In this document: positions 1-9,337 of the stretch, piece after piece
Layout of the letters: each line of letters opens with the position of its first letter
How positions within the stretch are numbered: the first letter of the stretch is position 1
DNA from: Candidatus Micrarchaeota archaeon
Lineage (GTDB): Archaea; Micrarchaeota; Micrarchaeia; Norongarragalinales; Norongarragalinaceae
NCBI GenBank assembly: GCA_964630975.1
Contig: CAZVVY010000001.1
Location: forward strand, 2,610 to 66,609
Direction: 5' to 3'
DNA length: 64,000 nucleotides
Translations under genes and position numbers: made by a program
The notes under the pieces: model-generated
Database searches by the model: none
What the model was told of the DNA's origin: nothing
The model's input: only the letters and a program-made list of their open reading frames with translations

Positions 1-248
1 ATTTTGCGCCCGCAAGGAGTCATTCTTTGAGTGCTCTCTATTTCGAGTACGTCGTCCTCCATGTTTGGGAGTAGGACGTCGATTATTTCGGGTTCGAGTA
101 TGCGCTGGCCCGAAGCGAATATTTCGTCCACGTTGGTTATTTGGCCTGCCAGCACCTCTTTTCCCAGCGAAGTTTTAGGGGACCATTTGGACAAGGCGTC
201 CTCTCGGTTCGAGCGCCTGTATCTCCCCTTTCTTTTTTTCCTAGCCAT
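1..248 (-). CDS. rps5: 30S ribosomal protein S5 (uS5), N-terminal part, runs off window
   Basis: ATG at 248; reads MARKKRKGRYRR...WSPKTSLGKEVLAGQITNVDEIF...ILEPEIIDVLLP...TQRMTPCGRK, the archaeal uS5 N-terminus; follows rpl18 as expected. Confidence 0.93.
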   Translation of the reverse strand, partial: MARKKRKGRYRRSNREDALSKWSPKTSLGKEVLAGQITNVDEIFASGQRILEPEIIDVLLPNMEDDVLEIESTQRMTPCGRK

Positions 249-256
249 AATCACAC

Positions 257-751
257 CTAGTTGCCCAAGATTTTTTTCTTGGCTTCTTCAAAACCCTCCG
301 TTTGCAAGTGTTTTCCAGCAATGCGTTCTTCGGAAGGCATTTTTTCTTTTCCGTAGGCGGTTTCCAAGCCCGCGTCCGCCGCGCCCTTGAGGCAAGCGAA
401 CAATATGCTTCCCTTGGTTGCGGGGTGCAAGCCCACGTCGAGCACGATTTCCTTCACGCCTTTTTCTTTCGCGGCTTTTCCGGCCTTCAATCCCGTGAGG
501 TACGCTGTGGGCGTGTTCCTCTTCGGCTTGAAGCCTATTTTTTGAAGCGTTTTGGAGTGCGCGCTGGCAACGGTTTCATCCCCTTTTTCGCCGAAGCAAA
601 CCACTTGGCAGATTACTCCGCGCAAGGTCTTGCGCACTACGAGGCGCGGCTTGCGGCTCTTCAACAGCTTTATGCGTTTTGCGTAATCAGTCCTGCCGTT
701 GCGCCTGCGCTTGAAGTGAACGCTGTACAACGGTCCGGTTGCCTTACTCAT
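257..751 (-). CDS. rpl18: 50S ribosomal protein L18 (uL18)
   Basis: KRRRNGRTDYAKRIKLL and RNTPTAYLTG motifs; operon position. Confidence 0.96.
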   Translation of the reverse strand: MSKATGPLYSVHFKRRRNGRTDYAKRIKLLKSRKPRLVVRKTLRGVICQVVCFGEKGDETVASAHSKTLQKIGFKPKRNTPTAYLTGLKAGKAAKEKGVKEIVLDVGLHPATKGSILFACLKGAADAGLETAYGKEKMPSEERIAGKHLQTEGFEEAKKKILGN

Positions 752-760
752 ATTCCTTAA

Positions 761-1186
761 TCACTTTAACAGCTTGTTTTCGTGGACGTGCGTCAACAAC
801 GCCTTCTTGCTTTTGAAGTTGTTTCCCTTGACGCGGCGGTACAACTTGGCGTACTCGCCTTTTTTCAGCAAGGGCTTCAGCTTCAACAAGAGCGCGCGTT
901 GTGCCCTGACGCGCTCCATCCACCTTTTCTTGGAGTCGCCTTTGGACCCCTTGACTCTTCCCGGGCCTTTTTTGCGGCCCTTCCTTTTCTTCGCTTTTTT
1001 TTCGCGTGCCTTGGCGCGGCCCGTGCCCTTCACGGGTTTTTGCTTTATTCCCCCGTTTTTGACGAGTTCGCGCACGTCGTCCGCGGTCAATGCTTCCCCT
1101 GCTTTTTCCTCGTCCACTATTGCTATGCGGCTTCGGCCACAGTTGAGGACGCGCGCAGCGATTCTCTTAACCGACTTCAACGTCAT
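761..1186 (-). CDS. rpl19e: 50S ribosomal protein L19e
   Basis: KRIAARVLNCGRSRI, GRKKGPGRVKG, LYRRVKGNNFK. Confidence 0.95.
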   Translation of the reverse strand: MTLKSVKRIAARVLNCGRSRIAIVDEEKAGEALTADDVRELVKNGGIKQKPVKGTGRAKAREKKAKKRKGRKKGPGRVKGSKGDSKKRWMERVRAQRALLLKLKPLLKKGEYAKLYRRVKGNNFKSKKALLTHVHENKLLK

Positions 1187-1509
1187 TCGTTAAGCACCTT
1201 TATCCCTTTTTCCTTGGCGGCCTTGACGATTGCCCCTTTTTTCTTTGCGCCGACCGACCCGCCGATGCGTGCGGCAAAGCCTTCCTCCAAGTCTCCCGCG
1301 TTGAAAACGAGTTTTTCCTTGAGGCCCGCCGAAGGGTGAAGGCCTCGCTTATCCGCTTGCGTGCCGTAACCTACTCTCGGAAGCTTTCCGAACCCGCGCT
1401 TTTGCACGCGCTGGCTGTTGTCGATTCCGCGGGGCTTCCTCCACGCATCGCTGATGCGCTTCTTGTAGCGACGGTTTTGCCTTTCGAATTTGGGGTGTTT
1501 TTTAGCCAT
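1183..1509 (-). CDS. rpl32e: 50S ribosomal protein L32e
   Basis: PKFERQ...WRKPRGIDN...RGLHPS. Confidence 0.96.
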   Translation of the reverse strand: MAKKHPKFERQNRRYKKRISDAWRKPRGIDNSQRVQKRGFGKLPRVGYGTQADKRGLHPSAGLKEKLVFNAGDLEEGFAARIGGSVGAKKKGAIVKAAKEKGIKVLNE

Positions 1510-1519
1510 AAAACCTGTA

Positions 1520-2035
1520 TCACTCTTCTTCGTAATAAATCCCGTCTTGGAACACGCGGTTGTCCAAGCACTTTACCTTGGTTGCACGCACTATGTTGGA
1601 CGCGGTTTGACCCACGTGTTCGGGGTCCTTGCCCGAAACCGTTATTTGCGCGCCCTTGACTTCGACTTTAACGTCGTCGCCGAACACCTTGGTTTTGCGC
1701 GGCGTTTTTTCGCCGAGGAAGTTTTTGATTAACACGTCCGCGCCCTTTACTTCCACGCTTATCGGGAAGTGAGCGTAAACGATTTTAAGTTTTTTCTCGA
1801 AGTTTTCGCCCGAGAAAAGGTTTTTGAGGTGTGATGCGAGGGACCCGGCCATCGCGTTTTTTTCGCGGGACGGCTTGCCGTGCGCTTTCACGCTTACTTC
1901 GCCGCCTTCCAAGCTTACTTCGACCATTCGCGGCCGGTAATGGCGTTCAAAGGACTTGCCGTTGACGGTGACGTTGAGAACGCCGCCTTTTTTTACTTCA
2001 ACGCTTGCCCCTTCCGGAATCTTCATTTGAATCAC
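1520..2035 (-). CDS. rpl6: 50S ribosomal protein L6 (uL6)
   Basis: VYAHFPISV, NFLGEK, DNRVFQDGIY. Confidence 0.96.
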   Translation of the reverse strand: MIQMKIPEGASVEVKKGGVLNVTVNGKSFERHYRPRMVEVSLEGGEVSVKAHGKPSREKNAMAGSLASHLKNLFSGENFEKKLKIVYAHFPISVEVKGADVLIKNFLGEKTPRKTKVFGDDVKVEVKGAQITVSGKDPEHVGQTASNIVRATKVKCLDNRVFQDGIYYEEE

Positions 2036-2419
2036 TCAGTACACGTACGCCAGCAGTCTTCCGCCCTGGTTCGCCTCTTTTGCTTGAATGTTGGTCATCA
2101 ACCCTTTCGGGGTCGACAATATGAGGAGGCCCACGCCTTGCGCGGGCAGCACTCTCTGCTCGTAATCGTCTATTTCGTCCGCTTTAACCGCGTAACGCGG
2201 CTTTATGACTCCGCAATCCGTTATGCGGCCCGCGAGTTCGGCGACTATTCGCGGGTGGCGCGAACCCGTGTCTTCTTCCACCGAATTCAAGTAATCGTTT
2301 TCCTTCAACAATTCAAGCACGCCTTTCACGAGTTTGGAGATTACCTTGACTCGCACGCTGCGATTGCCCTTTGCTTCGGCGAGCTTCAAAGAATTCATTG
2401 CATTTGCTAACGTATCCAT
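2036..2419 (-). CDS. rps8: 30S ribosomal protein S8 (uS8)
   Basis: DTLANAM, CGVIKPRY, LILSTPKGLMT, GGRLLAYVY. Confidence 0.97.
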   Translation of the reverse strand: MDTLANAMNSLKLAEAKGNRSVRVKVISKLVKGVLELLKENDYLNSVEEDTGSRHPRIVAELAGRITDCGVIKPRYAVKADEIDDYEQRVLPAQGVGLLILSTPKGLMTNIQAKEANQGGRLLAYVY

Positions 2420-2425
2420 TTTTTA

Positions 2426-2605
2426 TCACGAGTACTTCTTGAATCCCAATTCTTCCGCTTTTTCACGGAAACACCTGCGGCAAATGTTCATGCCGTATTT
2501 TCGGATGACTCCCTTGCTCGTACCGCAAACGCGGCACTTGCGGTTTCCGCGCTTCTTGAAACGGGAATCGAACTTTTTTTCTTCAACGCTCTTCTTTTTT
2601 TCCAT
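2426..2605 (-). CDS. rps14: 30S ribosomal protein S14 (uS14, zinc-binding)
   Basis: CRVCG...[15 protein letters not shown]...GFKKY; ATG at 2605 chosen (GTG at 2617 also possible). Confidence 0.95.
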   Translation of the reverse strand: MEKKKSVEEKKFDSRFKKRGNRKCRVCGTSKGVIRKYGMNICRRCFREKAEELGFKKYS

Positions 2606-2613
2606 AAGGATTC

Positions 2614-3126
2614 TCACTCTTCCTGGAATTGGACTCCGAACTCTTTTTCCATGAACTCCCTTGCTTCCGCCTTGTTAACGCGCTGTTTTGCCGGGATTTT
2701 TCGGGGCGCGATGCGCCTGCGGGAAACGCGGCGGCCCGCTTTTGAAAGCGTTACACACACGTCGAAGCCGATCATCCCGATGTTGGGGTCGTATTTGGCG
2801 CCCGGAAAATCGATGTACTCCCTTACTCCGAACGCGACGTTTCCCGCGCGGTCAATGCTGCGCGCCGAAACCTTGTTTTCTCGCGCCTTCAACGCTTTTT
2901 CAAGGAATTCCCTTGCTTTCTGCCCGCGAAGCGTTACTTTCACGCCTATTTCGTTACCTTTTCTGAGCTTGAACGCGGGTTCGCGGCGCCTAGACTTGGT
3001 CTTGACGGGCTTGCCGCCGGCCAGCGTTTCCAATAGTTCACGCGCGTTTTCCAGGTCTTGCCCGCCGTGGCCTACGCCGATGTTGGCCGTGACTTTCTCG
3101 AGTTTTATGGATTGCATTGAGTTCAT
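2614..3126 (-). CDS. rpl5: 50S ribosomal protein L5 (uL5)
   Basis: [43 protein letters not shown]. Confidence 0.97.
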   Translation of the reverse strand: MNSMQSIKLEKVTANIGVGHGGQDLENARELLETLAGGKPVKTKSRRREPAFKLRKGNEIGVKVTLRGQKAREFLEKALKARENKVSARSIDRAGNVAFGVREYIDFPGAKYDPNIGMIGFDVCVTLSKAGRRVSRRRIAPRKIPAKQRVNKAEAREFMEKEFGVQFQEE

Positions 3127-3842
3127 TTCTTGGAACCACCGAATCCTTCGCCTACGACCAGCAGGTAATCCTTCAAGGTTACGAGTTCGTGGCCGTCCGT
3201 TGAAAGCCTTGCATTAGCCGGCTTGTTGCCCTTCGATTCCATTACTTCGACGAATTTACCGGTCGCGCCCGCGTGCTTGCCCTTGTAGACGAGGCAGTTC
3301 GCTCCCTTGGAGAGCTTCAAGGCGTTTTCCAGTTTTTGTTCGGGCAATGAAATCACGAGGGTGTCCCCCGGCTTGAAAGTGTCTTCTTCGCGCTCAATCA
3401 AGATGTTCCTGCCGTCGTGCAGGTTGAGTTGTACCTTGCTCTTGCTGACGCGCACCTTGTCACGAATGCGGCAATACTTGGCTTTCGCTTTTTCGGCGGA
3501 AACCTTTTCGGGCAGCAAGTATTTTCCCTTGGGCATCATCACGTAGTATTCTTTTGCTTCGGGCAGGGACACGACGTCCATCAAGCCGACTCCGAACGAG
3601 TCGTCGCTTACGCGCCTGCCGTCCACGAGGACCTTCCCGTTTGCAACGATGTGCTTGGCCTGTGAAGCATTGTCCGCAACCTTCAAGACGTCGCGCAACA
3701 ACACGGTTAGGGGAATGCCTTCCTTGAGTGCGTGGGCTCCCGCACACGGCTTCTTGGCCCAAACGATTTTCTTCCTGCCGACCCCCCAGTTGACGGGGCT
3801 CGCAAGGCGCTTCAAATGCCTGTTCTTGCCGTGACTAGCCAT
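3123..3842 (-). CDS. rps4e: 30S ribosomal protein S4e
   Basis: HLKRLASP..W, LLRDVLK, VGLMDVV, QLNLHDGRNI. Confidence 0.97.
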   Translation of the reverse strand: MASHGKNRHLKRLASPVNWGVGRKKIVWAKKPCAGAHALKEGIPLTVLLRDVLKVADNASQAKHIVANGKVLVDGRRVSDDSFGVGLMDVVSLPEAKEYYVMMPKGKYLLPEKVSAEKAKAKYCRIRDKVRVSKSKVQLNLHDGRNILIEREEDTFKPGDTLVISLPEQKLENALKLSKGANCLVYKGKHAGATGKFVEVMESKGNKPANARLSTDGHELVTLKDYLLVVGEGFGGSKK

Positions 3843-4191
3843 TCTTTTTTTTCAACTCCTTTCTTTCGGCCAGAGCCGTTAACACGACGTTGGACGGCTC
3901 CAACGGCGCCGGCTTTTCCTGGCCGCTCTGCTTCTTCAACACGATTCCTTCAACGAACAAGCGGCTCCCTTTCACGTCCACGCGCGAAACCTTACCGCTC
4001 TTTCCCTTGAACGCCCCGCGCAAAACCTTGACCGAGTCTCCCTTGTGAACCCGAGCCGACCGCTTCTTCCCTTCTTTTTCGCGGAGCTCTTTGGACAAGT
4101 GCGCTCGCGGGGCCGAGTCCTTCAAGGTTACCCGGAAGGACTGTTTCCTCTTCTTGCGAGGTTGACTCGTAACAGATTCATTGAACTTCAT
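3835..4191 (-). CDS. rpl24: 50S ribosomal protein L24 (uL24)
   Basis: SQPRKKRK, LSKELREK, KOW motif GDSVKVLRGAFKGKSGKV. Confidence 0.96.
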   Translation of the reverse strand: MKFNESVTSQPRKKRKQSFRVTLKDSAPRAHLSKELREKEGKKRSARVHKGDSVKVLRGAFKGKSGKVSRVDVKGSRLFVEGIVLKKQSGQEKPAPLEPSNVVLTALAERKELKKKNG

Positions 4192-4201
4192 CTTAAACCA
4201 C

Positions 4202-4597
4202 TTAAACTACTGCGGCCGCGATTGCCACGACCTTCGGGAAGCGTTCGCTTATTTCGCGCGCAACACACCCCTTGATTTCGGTTCCCTTCGGCAGCTTTTG
4301 GTCGTCCACGAGCACGCACGCATTGTCTTCGAATGCCACCCACTCTTTTCCGCGGCGAAACCTCTGCCGCTGCCTAACGATTAACGCCTTCTCTTTTTTC
4401 TTGACCATTCCCGGCTTTCCCTTCTTCACGGAAACGATTACCACGTCGCCGATGCCTGCCTTTGGCAAGCGCCTCAAGCGAGCCTTGCTTTTCTTGACGC
4501 CGATTACTTCGACTTCCTTGGCGCCGCTGTTGTCGTCGCAAACCATTCGCGTTCCCAAACTCAACGGCTTGGTTATTCTTGCGGAAAGGCCTAACAC
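4202..4597 (-). CDS. rpl14: 50S ribosomal protein L14 (uL14)
   Basis: CDDNSGAK, GDVVIVSVKKG, FEDNACV. Confidence 0.97.
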   Translation of the reverse strand: MLGLSARITKPLSLGTRMVCDDNSGAKEVEVIGVKKSKARLRRLPKAGIGDVVIVSVKKGKPGMVKKKEKALIVRQRQRFRRGKEWVAFEDNACVLVDDQKLPKGTEIKGCVAREISERFPKVVAIAAAVV

Positions 4598-4600
4598 TTT

Positions 4601-4867
4601 TCATTCCACCTTTTCAGTCAAGACGTGTGCCTTGGTCTTGCTTACCTTCCTGCACTCGGCGAAGCGCACCTTGTCGCCCGCCTTCACCTCGATTCCTTCG
4701 GGAACGTGCACGGCAATGCGCGACTTGCGCTTTTCGAGGCGATCGTACTTGGGCACGCTTGACGCGTAATCCAGGCGCACTATCGCCGTTTTCTTGGGCC
4801 TCGTGCTGACCACTACGCCTTCGCGCACGATTCCGCGCGCACTCAATTCAACGCTTTTTTTTGACAC
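4601..4867 (-). CDS. rps17: 30S ribosomal protein S17 (uS17)
   Basis: RGIVREGVVVS...VPKYDRLEKRKSRIAVH...GDKVRFAECRKVSKTK; GTG start at 4867 preferred over the longer ORF call. Confidence 0.93.
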   Translation of the reverse strand: MSKKSVELSARGIVREGVVVSTRPKKTAIVRLDYASSVPKYDRLEKRKSRIAVHVPEGIEVKAGDKVRFAECRKVSKTKAHVLTEKVE

Positions 4868-5165
4868 TTTTCTTCCACAACCTCTTGGTGCGCTCTTCGG
4901 GCCGTACGGCCACGAGGGCGCCTTCAAGCAATTCACCGGTTTCCAAACGGAAAACACAGTTTTTCTTTGGAACGATTTTCCTTCCCCTGGGCGTTTCCAG
5001 GACGAAAGTGTTCGTCGATTCCTCGATTACCGCGCCTTCGACACCTTGCAGGTCTTTGCAGCTGCTCTTCTCCACCCGAAGTGTTACGCCGATTAATTCG
5101 CGCAATTCCGGGCGAGGCCGCTTTTCAACCCCAATCGGGGAAGGCGTTTTCGTGCCTCTTCGCAC
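4848..5165 (-). CDS. rnp1: Ribonuclease P protein component 1 (Rpp29/POP4)
   Basis: ELIGVTLRV...GVEGAVIEESTNT...IVPKKNCVF...RPEERTK; conserved slot between SUI1 and rps17; exact start uncertain. Confidence 0.88.
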   Translation of the reverse strand: MRRGTKTPSPIGVEKRPRPELRELIGVTLRVEKSSCKDLQGVEGAVIEESTNTFVLETPRGRKIVPKKNCVFRLETGELLEGALVAVRPEERTKRLWKKSVKKKR

Positions 5166-5177
5166 TCCAATATCTTG

Positions 5178-5194
5178 AATGGTTTCGTTTAAAA
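5178..5194 (-). promoter_or_regulatory. Candidate internal BRE-TATA promoter upstream of rnp1
   Basis: Minus strand AATAAAGGTTTTTAAA in the 41-nt gap between SUI1 and rnp1. Confidence 0.4.
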
Positions 5195-5206
5195 ACCTTT
5201 ATTTTT

Positions 5207-5512
5207 CTACGAAATCACTATGTTTTCGCGCGGGTAACCCATTTTCACGAGGATGTCCGCGATGTCCGACTTGTGGTCGCCTTGAAGCACGACCGCGCCG
5301 TCCTTGACCGAACCGCCGCACGCCAGTTTGTGCTTCAAGTCCTTCATCACGGGCTTTAACTCGGCTTCCTCGACTCCCTTGATTATGGTTACCAGCTTGT
5401 TGAAACGTTTTTTAGTCGTGTGAACCTTGAGGCGCTTGCTAGTCTCCTTTTCTATGGCTCCACAAGCGCAAATTTCTTTTGGCAGGCCGCATTTGGGGCA
5501 AATTTTCGACAT
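5207..5512 (-). CDS. Translation initiation factor aIF1 (SUI1 family)
   Basis: CPKCGLPKEICAC zinc motif, KRFNKLVTII, LKHKLACGGSVKD, LQGDH. Confidence 0.95.
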   Translation of the reverse strand: MSKICPKCGLPKEICACGAIEKETSKRLKVHTTKKRFNKLVTIIKGVEEAELKPVMKDLKHKLACGGSVKDGAVVLQGDHKSDIADILVKMGYPRENIVIS

Positions 5513-5514
5513 TA

Positions 5515-5727
5515 CTACTGCTTACCTTTTTTTTCCTGCTGCCTTAAAAGCGTTTTGATGCGTGCGCGGCCTTTTTTGAGTTCGCGGAAGCGACCCGGGT
5601 TTTCCGGCTTGCCCGTCGATTTTCGCGCTGCTTGTTCGGCGCGCAACTCCTTCTCGATTTCGGAGATTTTTTCCTTCAACGCGTCCGCGCCGAGGCCCTT
5701 CAACTCACTTTTTTTTGCGACGGCCAT
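5515..5727 (-). CDS. rpl29: 50S ribosomal protein L29 (uL29)
   Basis: ENPGRFRELKKGRARIKT; operon position. Confidence 0.93.
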   Translation of the reverse strand: MAVAKKSELKGLGADALKEKISEIEKELRAEQAARKSTGKPENPGRFRELKKGRARIKTLLRQQEKKGKQ

Positions 5728-5734
5728 TTTTCAT

Positions 5735-6583
5735 TCATTCCCCTTTTTCTTCAACTGATTCTTTCTCCTCGGTTTTTTTGGCCGCTTTTTTCTTCGGCTT
5801 CTTTTTTTCCTTGGCCTGCTTCTCTTCGGGCTCTTCCTTTTCCGGTTTTTCTTCGGCCGCCTCTTCTATTTTCTCCTTTTTTTCGGCGGTTTTTTCTTCC
5901 TTGGATTCTTCTTTCTTGTCGGCTTTGGGTTTCCCTTCTTTTTCGGCTTCGCCTTCAATCGTGGCTTCTTCTTCCACCACTTTTTTGGGTGCCTCGATTT
6001 TTACTTGGTCGGGGAACACGGTTCCGGGCGGAACGATTTTCACGGTGATTCCGACTGTTCCCGCCTTGAGGAACGCCGTGCAAGTTCCGGTGCGTACGAG
6101 CTTCACGGAGTCGCCGCTCTTCTTGATGTAACCGCTTCGAACCACGAATTCGCGTGCTTTTCCGCCTTTGCCCACGATTTTTCCGGCTGCACGGATTTCC
6201 GCGCCTATTGCGCCGGACTCCATTATGTCCTTGAGCGCGAACCGCAGGATGGGTTTTACGCGGGGTCGCATTTCTATGCGGTGCGAAATTTTTTCGGCTA
6301 CGAGTTGCGCGTCCAAGTCGGGCTTCATTACTTCCACGACTTCGATTTGCGGGTTTTCAATACCGAATTTTCGGCGCAGTTTTTCGGACAACTCGTTGAT
6401 GGATCTGCCGCGGCGTCCGACCACCACGCTGGGTCTGCGAACACAAATGGTTATTCTGGTGGCGATAGGCGTTTTTTGAAGTGCAACGCTTGAAACGCTT
6501 GCGCGCTTCAACTCGTCTTGCAGGAAGTTCTTTACTTCCAAGTCGTCCAACGCCTTTGCAATGAATTTTTTTTCTACTGCCAC
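5735..6583 (-). CDS. rps3: 30S ribosomal protein S3 (uS3) with long Glu/Lys-rich tail
   Basis: KH domain RPSVVVGRRGRSI, GAIGAEIRAAGK, GTVGITVKIVPP. Confidence 0.96.
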   Translation of the reverse strand: MAVEKKFIAKALDDLEVKNFLQDELKRASVSSVALQKTPIATRITICVRRPSVVVGRRGRSINELSEKLRRKFGIENPQIEVVEVMKPDLDAQLVAEKISHRIEMRPRVKPILRFALKDIMESGAIGAEIRAAGKIVGKGGKAREFVVRSGYIKKSGDSVKLVRTGTCTAFLKAGTVGITVKIVPPGTVFPDQVKIEAPKKVVEEEATIEGEAEKEGKPKADKKEESKEEKTAEKKEKIEEAAEEKPEKEEPEEKQAKEKKKPKKKAAKKTEEKESVEEKGE

Positions 6584-6599
6584 TTTAATCGTTCACCTT

Positions 6600-7139
6600 T
6601 TACTGTCTGCGGTACCTCTTATGCGTCTTGCGCCTCGTCTTCTGGGGGCGCGGCTTGGGCGGAGCGCCTTCCTCGACGACTATTTCAAGCCGGGAAGTAA
6701 TGTAGTTCGACCAAATCGCGCGCTTGCCGTACCCAAGCGTTGCACTGGAAACCCAGAATTTCTTGTAGCGAGGGTACTCACCTTGCTTGTAGGCGCGCGC
6801 CGCCTTAACGAACAGCTTGGATTCGTCGAGGCCCTGGTTGACGGCGTTTGCAACCGCATTCTCCAAAACTTTTTTCACGATTCTACACGCTTTTACCGCG
6901 TAACGCCCTTTCTTGCCGCCGAGTTCGCTGCGGTGACCGCACCCCTTGGCGTGCTTCTTGAAGGGAATCGCGTGCTTTAAAGCAATTGCTTCGTCCAACG
7001 CCTTGTAGGCGTCCGCGACTTTCCTGCCTTTGACGGCTCGCGCGGCCTCGCCGAGGTCCTTGTAAGAAACGTCGACGTCGTGCGCCTGCGCCCTTGCAGA
7101 GTTTTTGCCTGCCTTCACGGAGTACTTGTAGGGTGCCAT
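6600..7139 (-). CDS. rpl22: 50S ribosomal protein L22 (uL22)
   Basis: IPFKKH, GRYAVKA, LENAVANA; operon position. Confidence 0.94.
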   Translation of the reverse strand: MAPYKYSVKAGKNSARAQAHDVDVSYKDLGEAARAVKGRKVADAYKALDEAIALKHAIPFKKHAKGCGHRSELGGKKGRYAVKACRIVKKVLENAVANAVNQGLDESKLFVKAARAYKQGEYPRYKKFWVSSATLGYGKRAIWSNYITSRLEIVVEEGAPPKPRPQKTRRKTHKRYRRQ

Positions 7140-7145
7140 TTCATC

Positions 7146-7532
7146 TCACTTGAGTTCTACCGATTTGCTTCCACGGGTCGCGCCGATTCCGGGCCCGGAG
7201 TGCCTCACCTGCTTGGTCGTGTGCGAGTATTCTCCCAAGCGGTGGCCGAGCATCGGCAGCTTGACCGTGAACTTTATCCAGTCCTTGCCGTTGTAAACTT
7301 CGAACGTCTTTCCAACCATGGAGGGAAGAATGATTGCGTCGCGCACGTGCGTGCGGAACGGCTTCTTCCAGTCGTGTGACTCCAACTTCTTCAAGAAGTT
7401 CTTGATTCGGTAATTGTTGCGCGTGATGGTGCGGCGGGCGCTCGCGTTGACGAGCTTCGAGAATTCTTCCAAGCCCAACCCCTGCAATTCTTCGAGGGTT
7501 TTTCCTTTGAAAGTGGTTTTCCTGACCGCCAT
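7146..7532 (-). CDS. rps19: 30S ribosomal protein S19 (uS19)
   Basis: RTHVRD, VYNGK, MLGHRLGEYS, HSGPGIGATRGS. Confidence 0.97.
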   Translation of the reverse strand: MAVRKTTFKGKTLEELQGLGLEEFSKLVNASARRTITRNNYRIKNFLKKLESHDWKKPFRTHVRDAIILPSMVGKTFEVYNGKDWIKFTVKLPMLGHRLGEYSHTTKQVRHSGPGIGATRGSKSVELK

Positions 7533-7533
7533 C

Positions 7534-8277
7534 TCATTTCACCGCCGTTTTCGAGCGCTCGCGGCGCTTCTTCCTGCCCGTCTGCCTGGCCTTCACGTGG
7601 CCCACGCGGCGGCCCGGAGAAGTGTCCTTGCCGACCGTGCTAGACTTGCCGAAGCTCGTTCCCCCGTGCGGGTGGTTGTAAGCGTTCATCGCGCTTCCAC
7701 GCACCTTCGGGTACATCTTGTTTTTCGCCTTCTTGGCGTAAAACTTGTTTCCCGCCTTCTTGAAAGGTTTTTCCTTCCTGCCGCCTCCCGCGGCAATGCC
7801 CACCGTCGCCCGGCAATCGGGCGACAACAAGCGCATTGCCTTGGAAGACGAAGCGAACTTGATTGTAACCATTTCCGTGTCCTCGTCGTGCGCGAGGAGA
7901 GTGGCGTAAGTGCCGCTGGAACGCAACAGCTTGCCGCCGTCGTTCGGGTGCAACTCCAAGTTGAACACGGGGATTCCCTCGGGCAAGTCGCCGAGGCGCG
8001 CCACGTTGCCTATCCTGGCGCCCGACCCCTTTCCAAACGCGAGTTGGTCTCCCACGCAAGCTCCTTCGGGCGCCAACAAGTAAACTGTTTTGCCGTTATC
8101 CAACAACACTTCCGCGAGAGGGGTGCTCTTGGACGGGTCGAGCTTGAACGAGACTATTTCTCCGCGCGCCGACTCGGGCAAGCCGTGGTAAGAGGCGTTC
8201 GACAAATAGCGGTGCTTCGGCGTGCGGTACGCCGGAGAGCCCTTTCCGCGCCTTTGATGCCTCAACGGGTTACCCAC
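7534..8277 (-). CDS. rpl2: 50S ribosomal protein L2 (uL2)
   Basis: QRRGKGSP, GGKLLRSSG, PKVRGSAMNAYNHPHGG. Confidence 0.97.
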   Translation of the reverse strand: MGNPLRHQRRGKGSPAYRTPKHRYLSNASYHGLPESARGEIVSFKLDPSKSTPLAEVLLDNGKTVYLLAPEGACVGDQLAFGKGSGARIGNVARLGDLPEGIPVFNLELHPNDGGKLLRSSGTYATLLAHDEDTEMVTIKFASSSKAMRLLSPDCRATVGIAAGGGRKEKPFKKAGNKFYAKKAKNKMYPKVRGSAMNAYNHPHGGTSFGKSSTVGKDTSPGRRVGHVKARQTGRKKRRERSKTAVK

Positions 8278-8278
8278 T

Positions 8279-8530
8279 TCATATCACCTTGAGTTTTGCC
8301 GCCAAATCCGCGGCCGCGCCCTCGCGCTTGAACGCCACGAACGCCTTCTTGCGGCCGTCCGGAGTAGTGGCGGTAGTGACTTTTCGGACTTTTTCGCCGT
8401 ACTCGGATTCCACTTCCTGTTTCACCTGCGATTTGTTGGAATTGTTGTCGACGAGGAACACTAGCTTGTTCTCCCGCTCTATTGCCGCAACGGCTTTTTC
8501 GGTCGTCAATGCAGTGATTATCGCGCTCAT
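8279..8530 (-). CDS. rpl23: 50S ribosomal protein L23 (uL23)
   Basis: TEKA...ENKLVFLVD...KKAFV. Confidence 0.96.
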   Translation of the reverse strand: MSAIITALTTEKAVAAIERENKLVFLVDNNSNKSQVKQEVESEYGEKVRKVTTATTPDGRKKAFVAFKREGAAADLAAKLKVI

Positions 8531-8536
8531 TTTTTT

Positions 8537-9337
8537 TCACTCAAACAATTTTTGCTTCTCCATTTCCTTTAACGCGTGCTGCGTCCAAATCGTGAGGCGG
8601 CCCGCGACTCCGCCCGGGGCGAGGTCTTCGATCGTCAACTCGCTTACCTTCACGCAGTCCACTCCGGGAAGGTTTCGAGTCGCCTTCCAAATGCCGCGGT
8701 CCTCGCCGAAAACGATTAACGCGCTCTTCGGAGTCTTGTAACCTCCCTTGCGCAGGCGCGCCCTACCGCTCCTCTTCTTGCGGCCTTTTATTGCGCGCTG
8801 CAAGTCGCTTGAAACGCCGAGGCCCTCCAACGCTTTTTTGGCGTCGGAAACGCGCTTCACTTCCTCGAAGGCGTCGTCGACCACTATGGGTGCAGCGCCG
8901 TCGAACGCGTGGTTGCGCTTCTTCACGAGTTTCGGGTCGGCGGTGGCGGCAATCGCGCTGCGAACCGCTTTCTGCTTTTCCTTGAAATTGATTTTCTCGA
9001 TTAATTTCTTGGCTACTTTGGGCGGGTGCGCGCGGTGGCCCCCCCTTGCTTGGGGGACAATCATTACGCGGCCCGTGCCGTAACCCGGAATTTTTTCGCG
9101 GGGAAGGCGCGAGCGCCCCGTGTTAATGGTTTGCCTCGAACGGTGCCTGCGGCCGTAGTACGCCGCCGTGTTCTGGAAGCCGGCGCGCAAAAAGTTTCCC
9201 TTGGGCTGCAAGTAAAGCGAGCGCTCGGCGTTGAACGCCCGCGTAATCAAGTCGGGGCGGTAATCCTCGCCGAATTGCGCGGGCAACTTCACTTCAGAGC
9301 CCTTCTTTCCGTCAATGCCTTTAAGGACTGCTTTCAC
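8537..9337 (-). CDS. rpl4: 50S ribosomal protein L4 (uL4)
   Basis: YRPDLI, GGHRAHPPK, RNLPGVD, LAPGGVAGRLTIWT. Confidence 0.97.
   Translation of the reverse strand: MKAVLKGIDGKKGSEVKLPAQFGEDYRPDLITRAFNAERSLYLQPKGNFLRAGFQNTAAYYGRRHRSRQTINTGRSRLPREKIPGYGTGRVMIVPQARGGHRAHPPKVAKKLIEKINFKEKQKAVRSAIAATADPKLVKKRNHAFDGAAPIVVDDAFEEVKRVSDAKKALEGLGVSSDLQRAIKGRKKRSGRARLRKGGYKTPKSALIVFGEDRGIWKATRNLPGVDCVKVSELTIEDLAPGGVAGRLTIWTQHALKEMEKQKLFE

Noticed and set aside
5735..5990. Glu/Lys-rich low-complexity repeats
   Set aside because: C-terminal tail of uS3, common in archaea; not a DNA repeat element
7414..8292. Long plus-strand ORF (292 aa) and similar ones such as 18380-19393, 33950-35134 and the alternate-frame 19464-20597
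   Set aside because: Antisense or off-frame shadows of rpl2, nrdD, tyrS and fba, expected with GC-rich codon usage; no motifs
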